The notes under the pieces are model-generated. The model saw only the letters and a list, made by a program, of their open reading frames with translations. It was not told the origin of the DNA and searched no databases. Position numbers and translations under genes: made by a program. From an uncultured bacterium (GTDB taxonomy: Bacteria; Methylomirabilota; Methylomirabilia; Rokubacteriales; DASRDR01): a stretch of 64,000 bases of DNA. Positions 10,471 to 19,717 of this stretch are shown in pieces. The first letter of the stretch is position 1. Each line of letters opens with the position of its first letter. The DNA lies in NCBI GenBank assembly GCA_964463175.1, contig CAYXBJ010000126.1, forward strand, positions 940 through 64,939, in the 5' to 3' direction.

Positions 10471-11532
10471 ATGGCCTCACGGCTCCGCGTCGGCGTGATC
10501 GGTACCGGCTTCGGCGCGCTCGTCCAGATCCCGGCGTTTCGCGCCAATCCGCGCGCCGAGGTCGTCGCGGTCGCGAGCGGAACGCCCGGCAAGGCGAAGA
10601 AAACGGCCGACGGCCTCGGCGTGCCGCACGCCTTCGACGACTGGCGAAAGCTGATCGAGTCCGATCTTGACCTCGTGAGCATCACCACGCCGCCGGCCCT
10701 CCATCATCCGATGGCGCTGGCGGCGTTCGCCACCGGCCGCCACGTCCTCTGCGAGAAGCCCATGGCGATGTCAGCCGCGGAGGCGGAGGACATGCTCGCC
10801 CACGGCGACCGCGCGCGCCGCGCTCACGTGATCGATCACGAGCTCCGCTTCAACCCCAACCGCCGACGGGCGCGGCAGCTGATCCAGGACGGCTTCATCG
10901 GAACCCCGCGCCATGTCCTCCTGACCGTGGTCAACGCGGGCCGCCACGATCCCGCAAAGCCCTGGAGCTGGTGGTTCGACGAGGCGCAGGGCGGCGGCCT
11001 CCTGGGCGCCGTCGGGTCGCACCAAGTGGACCTTCTCCGCTACTGGCTGGGGGACATCGTCGCCGTCACCGGCACCGCCGTCCCCTTCGTCCCGGAGCGA
11101 CCGTCGCCCGACGGGCATGGCCGACGTCGCGTGACCGCCGACGAGTTCTCGACGTTCTCGCTCCGCTTCCGGTCCGGCGCGATCGGCACCATCGTGCTCA
11201 GCGCCGTCGCCACTCACACCGTCGGGCCGCGCATCGAGGTCTGGGGGGACGCGGGCTCGCTCGTCCTCGACGAGGCGGACCGGCTCTGGGGCGGCCGTCT
11301 CGGGGAGCCGCTGGCGGAGCTGACCGAGCCGGAGACCCTGCCGACCCCGCCGGGCATGCAGTACGTCTCGCTCTGGGGTCTGTCGTTCGTCCGGCTGGTG
11401 GACCACCTCGTGCAGTCCGTGCTGGATAGCGCGCCCGTCGCGCCGGCCGCGACGTTCCGCGACGGCCTGGCGGTCCAGCGCGTCCTCGATGCGGTCCGCC
11501 AGTCTCGCCGGACCGGGTGGCTGGCGGTCTAG
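10471..11532 (+). CDS. Gfo/Idh/MocA family oxidoreductase
   Basis: RVGVIGTGFG, HVLCEKP, GGGLLGAVGSHQVD. Confidence 0.92.
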   Translation: MASRLRVGVIGTGFGALVQIPAFRANPRAEVVAVASGTPGKAKKTADGLGVPHAFDDWRKLIESDLDLVSITTPPALHHPMALAAFATGRHVLCEKPMAMSAAEAEDMLAHGDRARRAHVIDHELRFNPNRRRARQLIQDGFIGTPRHVLLTVVNAGRHDPAKPWSWWFDEAQGGGLLGAVGSHQVDLLRYWLGDIVAVTGTAVPFVPERPSPDGHGRRRVTADEFSTFSLRFRSGAIGTIVLSAVATHTVGPRIEVWGDAGSLVLDEADRLWGGRLGEPLAELTEPETLPTPPGMQYVSLWGLSFVRLVDHLVQSVLDSAPVAPAATFRDGLAVQRVLDAVRQSRRTGWLAV

Positions 11533-11662
11533 ACGGAATCGGCGCAGCCCGAGCTTCGGCGTTCGCGCACCCGATGCGAAGGCATCCGGCTCACCGCGGG
11601 CGGCGAGATGCGCTCGGCGGGCGACACCACGAGGCGGACCGCCGGCGCGGCCCGCGCGTCGC

Positions 11663-12460
11663 CTACTCGGTCCGCGCGGCGCGGGCGAGCGCGGCGACGC
11701 GCTCCCGGTCGACGGGCGCCGTCGTGCGACCGTCGCGCTTGATCCAGGTCCCGACGATGGCGCCGTCCGCCACCCGGAGCAGCTCCACCACCGTGTCGGG
11801 CTCGACGCCCGAGCCCACGAGGATCGGCCGCTCGGGGACCGCGGCCCGCACGCGCTTCACGTCGCCGAGCGGCGTCGGCTCGCCGGTCGCGACGCCGGAC
11901 ACGACGAGGGCGTCGGCGAGGCCCCGGTGCGCGGCGTCGCGCGCCACCTGCTCGAGCTCGACCGGGGCGAGCGGGACGGCGTGCTTGCCGCCCACGTCGA
12001 CGAAGAGCCGGGTCGAGGTCCCGAGAAGGCGCCGGTAGCGGAGCGTCCCGTAGGCGTCGCTCTGGAGCACGCCCTGGTCCCCGACCACCGCACCGACGTG
12101 GACGTTGACCCGGACGAAGGCGGCGCCCACCGCCGCCGACACCGCCAGCGCCGACTGGGCGTCGTTCTTGAGCACGTTGATGCCCACCGGCAGCGCCACC
12201 GCGCGGCGCACCTCGGCGGCGGCCACCGAGATCGCCGCGACGCTCGCCGGATCGGCACGCCCCGCGCTGAACGGCGCGTCCCCGAAGTTCTCCACGAGGC
12301 AGGCGTGAAAGCCGCCGGCCTCCATGGCGCGCGCATCGGCGACGGCGCGCTCCACGATCTCGTCCATGGAGCCAGCCCAGCGCGGGCTTCCCGGCAGCGG
12401 GAGGAGATGCACCATGCCGATCAGCACGCGACGGAGGCCCGGGATCGCCTCGTGGCTCAC
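11663..12460 (-). CDS. btpA: BtpA/SgcQ family TIM-barrel protein
   Basis: LIGMVHLLPLPGSP, VENFGDAPF, GINVLKND, FVRVNV, DVGGKHA, ADALVVSGVATG, LVGSGV. GTG start overlaps the upstream stop. Confidence 0.9.
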   Translation of the reverse strand: MSHEAIPGLRRVLIGMVHLLPLPGSPRWAGSMDEIVERAVADARAMEAGGFHACLVENFGDAPFSAGRADPASVAAISVAAAEVRRAVALPVGINVLKNDAQSALAVSAAVGAAFVRVNVHVGAVVGDQGVLQSDAYGTLRYRRLLGTSTRLFVDVGGKHAVPLAPVELEQVARDAAHRGLADALVVSGVATGEPTPLGDVKRVRAAVPERPILVGSGVEPDTVVELLRVADGAIVGTWIKRDGRTTAPVDRERVAALARAARTE

Positions 12461-13233
12461 GACATCCTCCTCGCCCGCGCGGCCCGGGCCCCGCGCATGC
12501 CGTCGTCCCGCTCCATCTCGGGCCCGAACAGCTCCATCCGCCCGGCCAGGAGCGCGAGCGCGCGCCGCCAGGCTCCGGCCTCGCGGTCGGTGAAGCGCGG
12601 CCGTGCGACGCGGTGATCGTGCTTGTCGACGAACTGCTTGAGCTCCTCGGCGAGCGTCCGGAGCTTCTCGCGCGTGAGCGCGACGAGCTGCGCCGTCTCG
12701 GGTCGTCGTCCGCCCCGCGCCACGGCGAGGTCGAGATGCGGGAGGCACAGGCCGTCCGAGACCGCGTAGGCACGGCGAAGGTCCACGACCGCGAGCCCGT
12801 CGAGGAGCCCGTCCAGATAGCCCGCCTCGGCGGTGACGAGCTCCACGCACACGGGGCAGCGCTCCAGACGTGAGCGAGACGCGCGCCCGTTCGAGCGCGA
12901 CCCCCCGACCAGCGCCCGCCAGCCGCGCCGCCGAGCCGGTGTCGCCGTCGCGCGCGCCGCCTCGTCGAGCCACCGGGATGCCTGCTCGACGAGGGCGTGG
13001 TACACGATCGCGGTCCCTAGCGCCGCGTCGGGCATCTCGGACAGCGCCGTCGCGTGGGCGGCGCAGAAGCCCCACGCCGAGGCCAGTCGAGCCCGCGACA
13101 CGGGGTCCGTCACGTGCTCGGCCAGGACTGCCCCGAGATGGCGAGTCGCTGCGTCCCGGAGACACCCGCAGACGGGGCAGCCCGGACGGGCGCACGCGTC
13201 GACGAGGCGGTGGTGGTGGCCGTTCCGACTCAC
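12457..13233 (-). CDS. DUF6062-like protein with duplicated Cys/His motif
   Basis: CPVC...GFCAAH and CPVC...GLCLPH repeats, DKHDHR. Start GTG 13233, 6 nt after a TACGCT -10 box (the track starts at 13365). Confidence 0.7.
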   Translation of the reverse strand: MSRNGHHHRLVDACARPGCPVCGCLRDAATRHLGAVLAEHVTDPVSRARLASAWGFCAAHATALSEMPDAALGTAIVYHALVEQASRWLDEAARATATPARRRGWRALVGGSRSNGRASRSRLERCPVCVELVTAEAGYLDGLLDGLAVVDLRRAYAVSDGLCLPHLDLAVARGGRRPETAQLVALTREKLRTLAEELKQFVDKHDHRVARPRFTDREAGAWRRALALLAGRMELFGPEMERDDGMRGARAARARRMS

Positions 13234-13464
13234 GCGAGGAGCGTACTTCAAACTGCCGCGGTCCGGGGCATCAAGCTGGGGGCCCGGGCGCCCGGCTCGG
13301 AAGTGGTCGAGGCAGGCCCGCACTCGCTCGGGTTCGCATAGCCGAGCCTCGTGGGCGGCGCTCATGGGCCGGGACGCGCGTGCCCTGATCCATCACGAAC
13401 CCGATACCCCTCCCGGCCGCGCGGGCCAAGCGGGAACGCCGCGGCCCTCGCGTATACTCGCGAC

Positions 13465-14505
13465 GTGCGGTCCGGGCTCCCGCTCCTCCTGACCTGCCTT
13501 CCGCTCCTCATGGTGGCATGCCAGGGTACGGGAGGCCCGATGCCCGATGGGCCGACCCACCACCTCGAGCACGGGTACCGAAACCTCAATCCCGAGTACG
13601 CGCGCCCCGACTTCTGGACGCGCTGGAGCTTCGTCATTCCGCGCCTCTTCAAGTCGACGTTCTCCAAGCCCGAGTCGTTCCCTGTCGTCGCGAACGACGG
13701 TCGGGCGCTGCGGGAGAATACGGGCGAGCCGACGGTCACGTGGGTCGGCCACTCGACCCTTCTGGTGCAGCTCGACGGAGTCAGCATCCTGACCGATCCC
13801 CAGTGGTCGGAGCGGGCGAGCCCGTTTGCCTTCGCCGGGCCGCGCCGGGTGACGCCGCCGGGGCTCCGGTTCGAGGACTTGCCACCGATCGACCTCGTGG
13901 TCATCTCCCACGATCACTACGACCATCTCGACGCGCCGACGGTGAAGCGTCTCTGGGACGTGCATCGGCCTCGCTTCCTCGTGCCACTCGGGCTGAAGGC
14001 GTGGTTCGCAGAGCTCGGGATCGACGGAGTGGACGAGCTCGACTGGTGGGAGAGCCGCACCGTCAAGGGCCTGACCGTGGTCTGCCTGCCGACCCAGCAC
14101 TGGAGCGCCCGCACCCCCTTTGACCAGAACCACCGGCTCTGGTCCAGCTGGGCGGTGCTGGGGCAGGACCGGCGCTTCTACTTCGCGGGGGACACGGGCT
14201 ACTACGCGCCGATCTTCCAGGAGATCGGCCGGCGCTTCGGGCCCTTCGACCTCGGGGCGATCCCGATCGGCGCGTACATGCCCCGAGCCATGATGCGCTT
14301 CTCGCACGTCACCCCCGAGGAAGCCCTGCAGGTCTTCGAGGACATTCGCGCGCGCCGCCTGGTCGCGATCCACTGGGGGACCTTCAACCTCGCCGATGAG
14401 CCGCTCGGCGAGCCGCCGGTGCGCACCGAAACGGAGGCGCGGCGCCTCAGTCTCGACTCGGAGCGGATCTGGATCCTGCGCCACGGCGAGACCCGGCCCT
14501 GGTGA
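13465..14505 (+). CDS. MBL-fold metallohydrolase (NAPE-PLD/RomA-like), lipoprotein
   Basis: TWVGHST, ISHDHYDHLD, FAGDTGY, IPIGAY, IHWGTF, LMVAC lipobox. GTG start 6 nt after TATACT. Confidence 0.9.
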   Translation: MRSGLPLLLTCLPLLMVACQGTGGPMPDGPTHHLEHGYRNLNPEYARPDFWTRWSFVIPRLFKSTFSKPESFPVVANDGRALRENTGEPTVTWVGHSTLLVQLDGVSILTDPQWSERASPFAFAGPRRVTPPGLRFEDLPPIDLVVISHDHYDHLDAPTVKRLWDVHRPRFLVPLGLKAWFAELGIDGVDELDWWESRTVKGLTVVCLPTQHWSARTPFDQNHRLWSSWAVLGQDRRFYFAGDTGYYAPIFQEIGRRFGPFDLGAIPIGAYMPRAMMRFSHVTPEEALQVFEDIRARRLVAIHWGTFNLADEPLGEPPVRTETEARRLSLDSERIWILRHGETRPW

Positions 14506-14529
14506 GGCCGTAACGCCCGGCGCGGCAGT

Positions 14530-14919
14530 CTACCGGTGCGGTGGGAGACCCTCGCGCTGGGTGATGACCACCACGCGGCCACGGTCGCTGACGAACCCGT
14601 TCACCGCCCAGCTGAGCGCGCTCACGATCAGCGCCCCCCAGAAGGCCGGCCAGAATCCCCGCACGTCGAACCCCGGCACCACCGCCGAGGTGAGCCAGAG
14701 GCAGATGGCGTTCAGGACGAACAGGAACAGGCCGAGCGTGACGAGGGTGAGTGGTAGCGTCAGCACGAGAAGGACCGGCCGAACGATGGCGTTGACCAGG
14801 CCGAGCACGAGCGCCGCGGCGATGACCGTGGCCGCGCTGGGGGCCTCGATACCGGGGACGACCTCGGTGGCGAGCCAGATGGCCAGAGCGTTGACCAGCA
14901 CCCGGATCAGGAAGCCCAT
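14530..14919 (-). CDS. 4-TM 'phage holin family' membrane protein (YvlD/DUF360 type)
   Basis: LVNALAIWL, LGLVNAIVRPVL..LTLPLTLVTLGLFLFVLNA, GFWPAFWGALIVS. GGAGG RBS. Confidence 0.88.
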   Translation of the reverse strand: MGFLIRVLVNALAIWLATEVVPGIEAPSAATVIAAALVLGLVNAIVRPVLLVLTLPLTLVTLGLFLFVLNAICLWLTSAVVPGFDVRGFWPAFWGALIVSALSWAVNGFVSDRGRVVVITQREGLPPHR

Positions 14920-15033
14920 CCGTGTTCCTCCTCCCGCGGATCGCGCGACGCGGCTCGAAACGTCTCCAGTATGCACCCGGCTCGGCCGTGCCCCCGCGGC
15001 CGGATCCGCCGAGCGCCGGACGGCCGAGCCCGC

Positions 15034-17262
15034 GTGCTGATCCTGTTCGGGGCGACGATCTTCCTCGGCGCCAGCCTCCTCTTCCTGGTCCAGCCCATGT
15101 TCGCGCGGATGGCGCTGCCGCTCCTCGGCGGCGCGCCGGCCGTCTGGAACACCGCCATGGTGTTCTACCAGGCGACCTTGCTCGTCGGTTACGCCTACGC
15201 ACACCTCACCGTGCGGTGGCTCGGCGCGCGCCGCCAGGCGGGACTCCACCTCGCGATCCTCCTGGTGCCGCTCGTCACGCTGCCGATCGCGCTGCCATCG
15301 GGCTGGATCCCGCCCGGGGACTCGAGCCCCATCCCCTGGCTGCTCGCGCTGCTGGCGGTCGCCGTCGGCCTGCCCTTCTTCGCGGTCTCGGCCACGAGCC
15401 CGGTCCTCCAGGCGTGGTTCGCCACGACGGGCCACCCGGCTGCGCGCAATCCCTATGTCCTCTACGCGGCGAGCAACGCGGGCAGCCTGCTGGCGCTCTT
15501 GTGCTACCCCCTGCTCGTGGAGCGGCTCTTCCCGCTGGGGGTCCAGAGCCGAATCTGGGCGTGGGGATACGGCGGCCTGATGGCACTGGCCGCCGGCTGC
15601 GCGCTCGCCCTCTGGCGCACGCGATCCGCGCCGACGAGCGTGCCAATCGGCCACCCCGCGCACACCGCGCTCGACGGGATGGGCGGCGACTTCGCGAGCG
15701 CCCCGATCACCGCTGGCCGCCGGGCCCGCTGGGTCGCGCTCGCCGCCGTCCCATCCAGTCTGATGCTGAGCGTCACGACCTACATCTCGACGGACATCGC
15801 GGCGGTCCCGCTCCTCTGGATCGTGCCGCTGGCGATCTACCTCCTGACGCTCGCCCTGGTGTTCGGCCGGCGGCGGATCGTCCCGCACCGGATCTGGGTC
15901 GAGGCGCTTCCCATCGCCCTCCTCCCGCTCGTGCTCGTGCTGGTCGCCCGCGCAAACGAGCCGCTGGCCCTCGTGATCCCGACGCACCTCGTGGCCTTCT
16001 TCGTGGCCGCCATGGTCTGCCACGGGGAGCTCGCGCAGGACCGACCCGACCCGCGCCACCTCACGGAGTTCTACCTGTGGCTGGCGATCGGCGGCGTCGT
16101 GGGCGGGGCATTCACCGCTCTCGTCGCGCCCATGCTGTTCACGAACGTCCTCGAGTACCCGCTGGTCCTCGCGCTGCTTCCCCTCCTGCCGACCCGGCCG
16201 CGTGCGGCGTGGCAAGGCGGCGTGCGCCAGGTGCTCGACGTGGTCCTGCCCCTGTGTCTCGGGGTCGTCACCGTCGGGCTCCTCGTGGAGCTCGATCGCC
16301 GCGGGTTCGGGCCCGAGGTGATAGGCCCGTCCGTGGGCCTCGTGACGATCCTGTCCGTTGCCTTCTGGCGGCGCCCGGTCCGCCTCGCGCTGGGTCTCGC
16401 CGTCCTCATGGTCGGGGGCGCGGTCTACCGCGGCGATGAAGGCCAGCTCATCTACGCGGAGCGGAGCTTCTTCGGCGTCTCGCGGGTCACCCGCGTCCCG
16501 GGCGACCAGTACCATCTGCTGCTGCACGGAACCACGCTGCACGGGATGCAGGCGCTCGCTCCGGATCGGCGGCGGGAGCCCCTCACCTACTTTCATCGAA
16601 ACGGGCCCCTCGGCCAGTTCTTCGCGGCGACCGAGGGCTCGACCACGCGACGGGCGGTTGCCGTCGTGGGCCTGGGCGCCGGATCGCTCGCGTGCTACGG
16701 AACGCCGGAGCAGCGCTGGACGTTCTACGAGATCGATCCCACCGTGCGCCGCATCGCGGGAAACACGCACTTCTTCACGTTCCTGCGCGACTGCCCACCG
16801 ACGCTCTTCGTGGTCCTCGGCGACGCCCGGCTCACGCTCGCCCGGGCGCCCGACGGTGCCTACGACCTCATCATCCTCGACGCCTACAGCTCGGACGCGC
16901 CGCCCATGCACCTCATCACGCTCGACGCGGTCCGGCTCTACCTGACCAAGCTCGCGCCGGGCGGCGTGCTCGTCTTCAACATCTCGAACCGCCACCTCGA
17001 GCTGGCGCCCGTCCTGGGCGCGATCGCCGGCGCCGCCGGGCTCGTCGCGCGGACCCGCGACGACGCCCACATCGCGGAGGCCGACCGGCGCACCGGGAAG
17101 GTGCAGTCCCACTGGCTGATCATGGCGCGCCGGGAGGCGGATCTCGGGGCGCTCGCGCACGATTCCCTGTGGGCGGCGCCCGTGCCGCCGCCGGATCTCC
17201 GTCCCTGGACGGACGACTTCGCGAGCCTTCTCGGCGCCTTCCGCTGGAGGATCAAGCCCTAG
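15034..17262 (+). CDS. Fused membrane domain / spermidine-synthase-like SAM-dependent methyltransferase
   Basis: LLFLVQPM, YALYAASNAG-like, CHGELA, RSFFGV, LLHGTTLHG, VGLGAGSL, YEIDP, LGDAR, ILDAYSSD, WTDD. Start uncertain (14971 or 15034). Confidence 0.88.
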   Translation: MLILFGATIFLGASLLFLVQPMFARMALPLLGGAPAVWNTAMVFYQATLLVGYAYAHLTVRWLGARRQAGLHLAILLVPLVTLPIALPSGWIPPGDSSPIPWLLALLAVAVGLPFFAVSATSPVLQAWFATTGHPAARNPYVLYAASNAGSLLALLCYPLLVERLFPLGVQSRIWAWGYGGLMALAAGCALALWRTRSAPTSVPIGHPAHTALDGMGGDFASAPITAGRRARWVALAAVPSSLMLSVTTYISTDIAAVPLLWIVPLAIYLLTLALVFGRRRIVPHRIWVEALPIALLPLVLVLVARANEPLALVIPTHLVAFFVAAMVCHGELAQDRPDPRHLTEFYLWLAIGGVVGGAFTALVAPMLFTNVLEYPLVLALLPLLPTRPRAAWQGGVRQVLDVVLPLCLGVVTVGLLVELDRRGFGPEVIGPSVGLVTILSVAFWRRPVRLALGLAVLMVGGAVYRGDEGQLIYAERSFFGVSRVTRVPGDQYHLLLHGTTLHGMQALAPDRRREPLTYFHRNGPLGQFFAATEGSTTRRAVAVVGLGAGSLACYGTPEQRWTFYEIDPTVRRIAGNTHFFTFLRDCPPTLFVVLGDARLTLARAPDGAYDLIILDAYSSDAPPMHLITLDAVRLYLTKLAPGGVLVFNISNRHLELAPVLGAIAGAAGLVARTRDDAHIAEADRRTGKVQSHWLIMARREADLGALAHDSLWAAPVPPPDLRPWTDDFASLLGAFRWRIKP

Positions 17263-17359
17263 ACCGAGTCGGGCTCCGCTTTCGGGACGTTTCCCCGCGG
17301 GTCCGAACCGCCTAGAATTGTCCGGACGGCACAGTCTGACCCCAACCAGAGGAGCCACC

Positions 17360-18700
17360 ATGCGCACATTCGACCGATCCCGAGCCCTTCTCGAGCGCGC
17401 CCGCCGATCCCTGGCCGGTGGGGTCTCGAGCCCAGTCCGCGGGACTGCCCCCGTTCCCCTCTACTTCACCCGCGGCGTGGGCCCGCGGCTGCAGGACGCC
17501 GACGGCCAGTGGTACGTCGACTACGCGGCGGCCTGGGGGCCGGTGATCCTCGGGTACTCGCACCCCGCTCTCGTCGCCGCCGCGCATCGCGCCGCCGAGC
17601 GGCCGTTCACCTACGGCGCCCAGCACGAGCTCGAGATCTCGGTCGCCGAGCGGATCCAGGCCGCGGTGCCCTCCGCGGAGCGGGTGGCGTTCAGCTCGAG
17701 CGGCAGCGAGGTCGTCCAGCTCGTGCATCGCCTCGCGCGGGCCTTCACGCGGCGCAATCTCATTCTGAAGTTCGAGGGGCACTACCACGGCTGGATCGAC
17801 GGCGCGCTGGTGAGCTACCACCCGCGCGAGGGGCTGGGGCCCCGCGAGACGCCGAACGTGATCCCCGGGTCGTTCGGCCAGGTCCCGAACGTGGTGGACA
17901 ACGTGCTCGTCGCGCCGTGGAACGACCTGGCGGTGCTCGAGGGTCTGTTCCGGACGCATCCCGACCGCATCGCGGCCGTCATGATGGAGCCGGTCCTGTG
18001 CAACAGCGGGTGCCTCATGCCGGCGCCCGGCTACCTCGAGGGCGTCCGCGACCTCTGCCGCCGGCACGGCACGCTCTTCATCATGGACGAGGTGATCACC
18101 GGCTTCCGGATCGCGCTCGGCGGAGCCCAGGCGCACTTCGGCGTCACGCCGGATCTCTCGACCTTCGGGAAGGCGGTGGCGGGCGGCGCCGCGCTGTCGG
18201 TGGTGGCCGGCCGCCGGGAGATCATGGAGCAGCTCCACGGCGCGGGCGTCGCGTTCGGGGGCACCTTCAACGGCAATCCGCTGTCGCTGGCGATCGCCGA
18301 CGCGACGCTGGAGGAGCTCGCGAGGGACGGCGGCGTCGCCCTCACGCAGGCGAACCGGACCGGCCAGGCGCTGATGGAGGGCATCCGCGCCCTCGGGCAG
18401 CGGCACGGCTTGCCGGTGCTCGTCACCGGCTTCGGGGCGGCGTTCACCGTCCACTTCACCCGGCGGACCGAGCTGCGCGATTACCGGGACACCCTCGACG
18501 GCGATGCCGAGCTCCTCGGTGAGTTCCTCCGGGGCGCGCTCGACGAGGGCATCTACATCCTTCCCGACGGGCGGTTCTACGTCTCCGCCGTGCACACTGC
18601 GGCCGAGGTCGAGGAGACGCTCGCCGTCGTCGATCGCGTGTTCGCCACGCTCGGCACGCCCGCGCGGCGAACCGACCGGGTCACCGCCAGCCGCTCTTGA
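17360..18700 (+). CDS. Class III PLP aminotransferase, glutamate-1-semialdehyde aminomutase-like paralog
   Basis: LAGGVSS, DADGQWYVDY, SSGSE, KFEGHYHG, MDEVITGFR, STFGKAVAGG, GTFNGNP. GAGGAG RBS. Confidence 0.88.
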   Translation: MRTFDRSRALLERARRSLAGGVSSPVRGTAPVPLYFTRGVGPRLQDADGQWYVDYAAAWGPVILGYSHPALVAAAHRAAERPFTYGAQHELEISVAERIQAAVPSAERVAFSSSGSEVVQLVHRLARAFTRRNLILKFEGHYHGWIDGALVSYHPREGLGPRETPNVIPGSFGQVPNVVDNVLVAPWNDLAVLEGLFRTHPDRIAAVMMEPVLCNSGCLMPAPGYLEGVRDLCRRHGTLFIMDEVITGFRIALGGAQAHFGVTPDLSTFGKAVAGGAALSVVAGRREIMEQLHGAGVAFGGTFNGNPLSLAIADATLEELARDGGVALTQANRTGQALMEGIRALGQRHGLPVLVTGFGAAFTVHFTRRTELRDYRDTLDGDAELLGEFLRGALDEGIYILPDGRFYVSAVHTAAEVEETLAVVDRVFATLGTPARRTDRVTASRS

Positions 18701-18710
18701 GGAGACCGCG

Positions 18711-19073
18711 ATGATCCTGCACCGTCACCAGGAGCTCGAGCGCGCGTCGCCGTCTCCAGGTCTGTTTCGCATCATCTGCATGGACCAGGGTCTCGGGTCG
18801 GGCGCGATCACCCAGGGCATGGTGACCATCGAGCCCGGCAAGCAGACTCGGCCGCACACACATCGCGTCGAGGAGTCGATGACGCTCCTGGAGGGCCGGC
18901 TCCGGGTGCTGATCGGGACCGAGGTGGCCGAGGTCGACGCTCCGGCCACGTTCCTCGCGCCCGCCAATACGGTCCACGGGCTCCGGAACGTCGGAAGCAC
19001 GCCGGCGCGCCTGTGTATCGCCTACCCGAGCGTGAACGTCGGGACGTACTTCGTCGACGGGGTCGAATTCTAG
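18711..19073 (+). CDS. Cupin domain protein
   Basis: RPHTHRVEE and PANTVHG cupin metal motifs. GAGGAG RBS. Confidence 0.85.
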   Translation: MILHRHQELERASPSPGLFRIICMDQGLGSGAITQGMVTIEPGKQTRPHTHRVEESMTLLEGRLRVLIGTEVAEVDAPATFLAPANTVHGLRNVGSTPARLCIAYPSVNVGTYFVDGVEF

Positions 19074-19084
19074 AGGCGAGACGG

Positions 19085-19163
19085 CCGTCGAGCTCGCGGG
19101 TGCGGGCTCGACGGCGATGAACGCAATCCGGCCCGGCTCCCCCGAAGGAGAACCGGGCCGGAT
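19085..19163. terminator. Two adjacent GC-rich hairpins between convergent genes (19085-19114 and 19126-19163)
   Basis: CCGTCGAGC...GCTCGACGG and ATCCGGCCCGG...CCGGGCCGGAT inverted repeats. No clear U-tracts. Confidence 0.5.
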
Positions 19164-19178
19164 GTCAGGAAGCCTTGC

Positions 19179-19379
19179 TCAGACCTTCTTGACGTTCGAG
19201 GCCTGAAGGCCCTTCGGACCCCTGGTCACCTCGAACTCGACGCGGTCACCCTCGGCTAGGCTGCGGAAGCCGCTCGCCTGAATGGCCGAGTAGTGGACGA
19301 ACACATCCTGCCCGTCCTCCTGGGTGATGAACCCGTAGCCCTTCGCGTCGTTGAACCACTTAACCAGTCCCTGCGCCAT
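19179..19379 (-). CDS. cspA: Cold-shock protein (CSD)
   Basis: [12 protein letters not shown] (RNP1), DVFVHYSAI (RNP2), GPKGLQA, 66 aa. AAGGAGG RBS. Confidence 0.97.
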   Translation of the reverse strand: MAQGLVKWFNDAKGYGFITQEDGQDVFVHYSAIQASGFRSLAEGDRVEFEVTRGPKGLQASNVKKV

Positions 19380-19520
19380 ACTCGGTACTCCTCCTTGCTT
19401 AGTTCCCGCCGATGCGGCGGTGCTTCCCCCACATCGGGGGACAAAGCAAAACGCCGCGTGAACCCGGGTTCACGCGGCGTTGCTTTCTCGCGACTGTCCA
19501 GACCACTGAACCACGAAGCT
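19380..19520 (-). promoter_or_regulatory. Long structured 5' leader of cspA containing a perfect 32-bp palindrome (19450-19481)
   Basis: AACGCCGCGTGAACCC|GGGTTCACGCGGCGTT, followed in the transcript direction by TTTGCTTTGT. Further small hairpin CCGCCG-ATG-CGGCGG. Confidence 0.6.
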
Positions 19521-19526
19521 TGCGGA

Positions 19527-19554
19527 AGTATACACTGAGAGACAGGCGGGTCAA
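19527..19554 (-). promoter_or_regulatory. sigma70-type promoter of cspA
   Basis: TTGACC-N16-TATACT on the minus strand. Confidence 0.7.
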
Positions 19555-19717
19555 GGGAAAACACGACTTTGTGGGGCCACTACCCATCCCGAGTCCCGCT
19601 GGGTCGTATCGAGTCGACCACTAGATATAACATATTGTCATAATTGATGAATCCGTCACGGGTCGGTTGGAACAGTCCCCAGGGCGGTCAGGGGGCGTCT
19701 GGGATACCCTGGTCCCC

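Noticed and set aside
11663-12460. btpA as evidence of photosynthesis
   Set aside because: BtpA/SgcQ homologs are common in non-phototrophs and no photosystem genes are present.
14530-14919. 'Phage holin' as a prophage marker
   Set aside because: This 4-TM family is a common chromosomal gene. No endolysin, integrase or structural phage genes are nearby.
14530-17367. Very long alternative-frame ORFs (e.g. 14530-17367, 45966-48896, 53336-56029, 37558-39792, 4515-6473)
   Set aside because: They are antisense or off-frame shadows of well-supported genes, expected at this GC content because stop codons are rare. They contain no recognisable motifs except where they run into a real gene.
17360-18700. 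Calling the class III aminotransferase hemL
   Set aside because: Family motifs are present, but it diverges from typical HemL and lacks tetrapyrrole context, so it was left as a paralog without a symbol.
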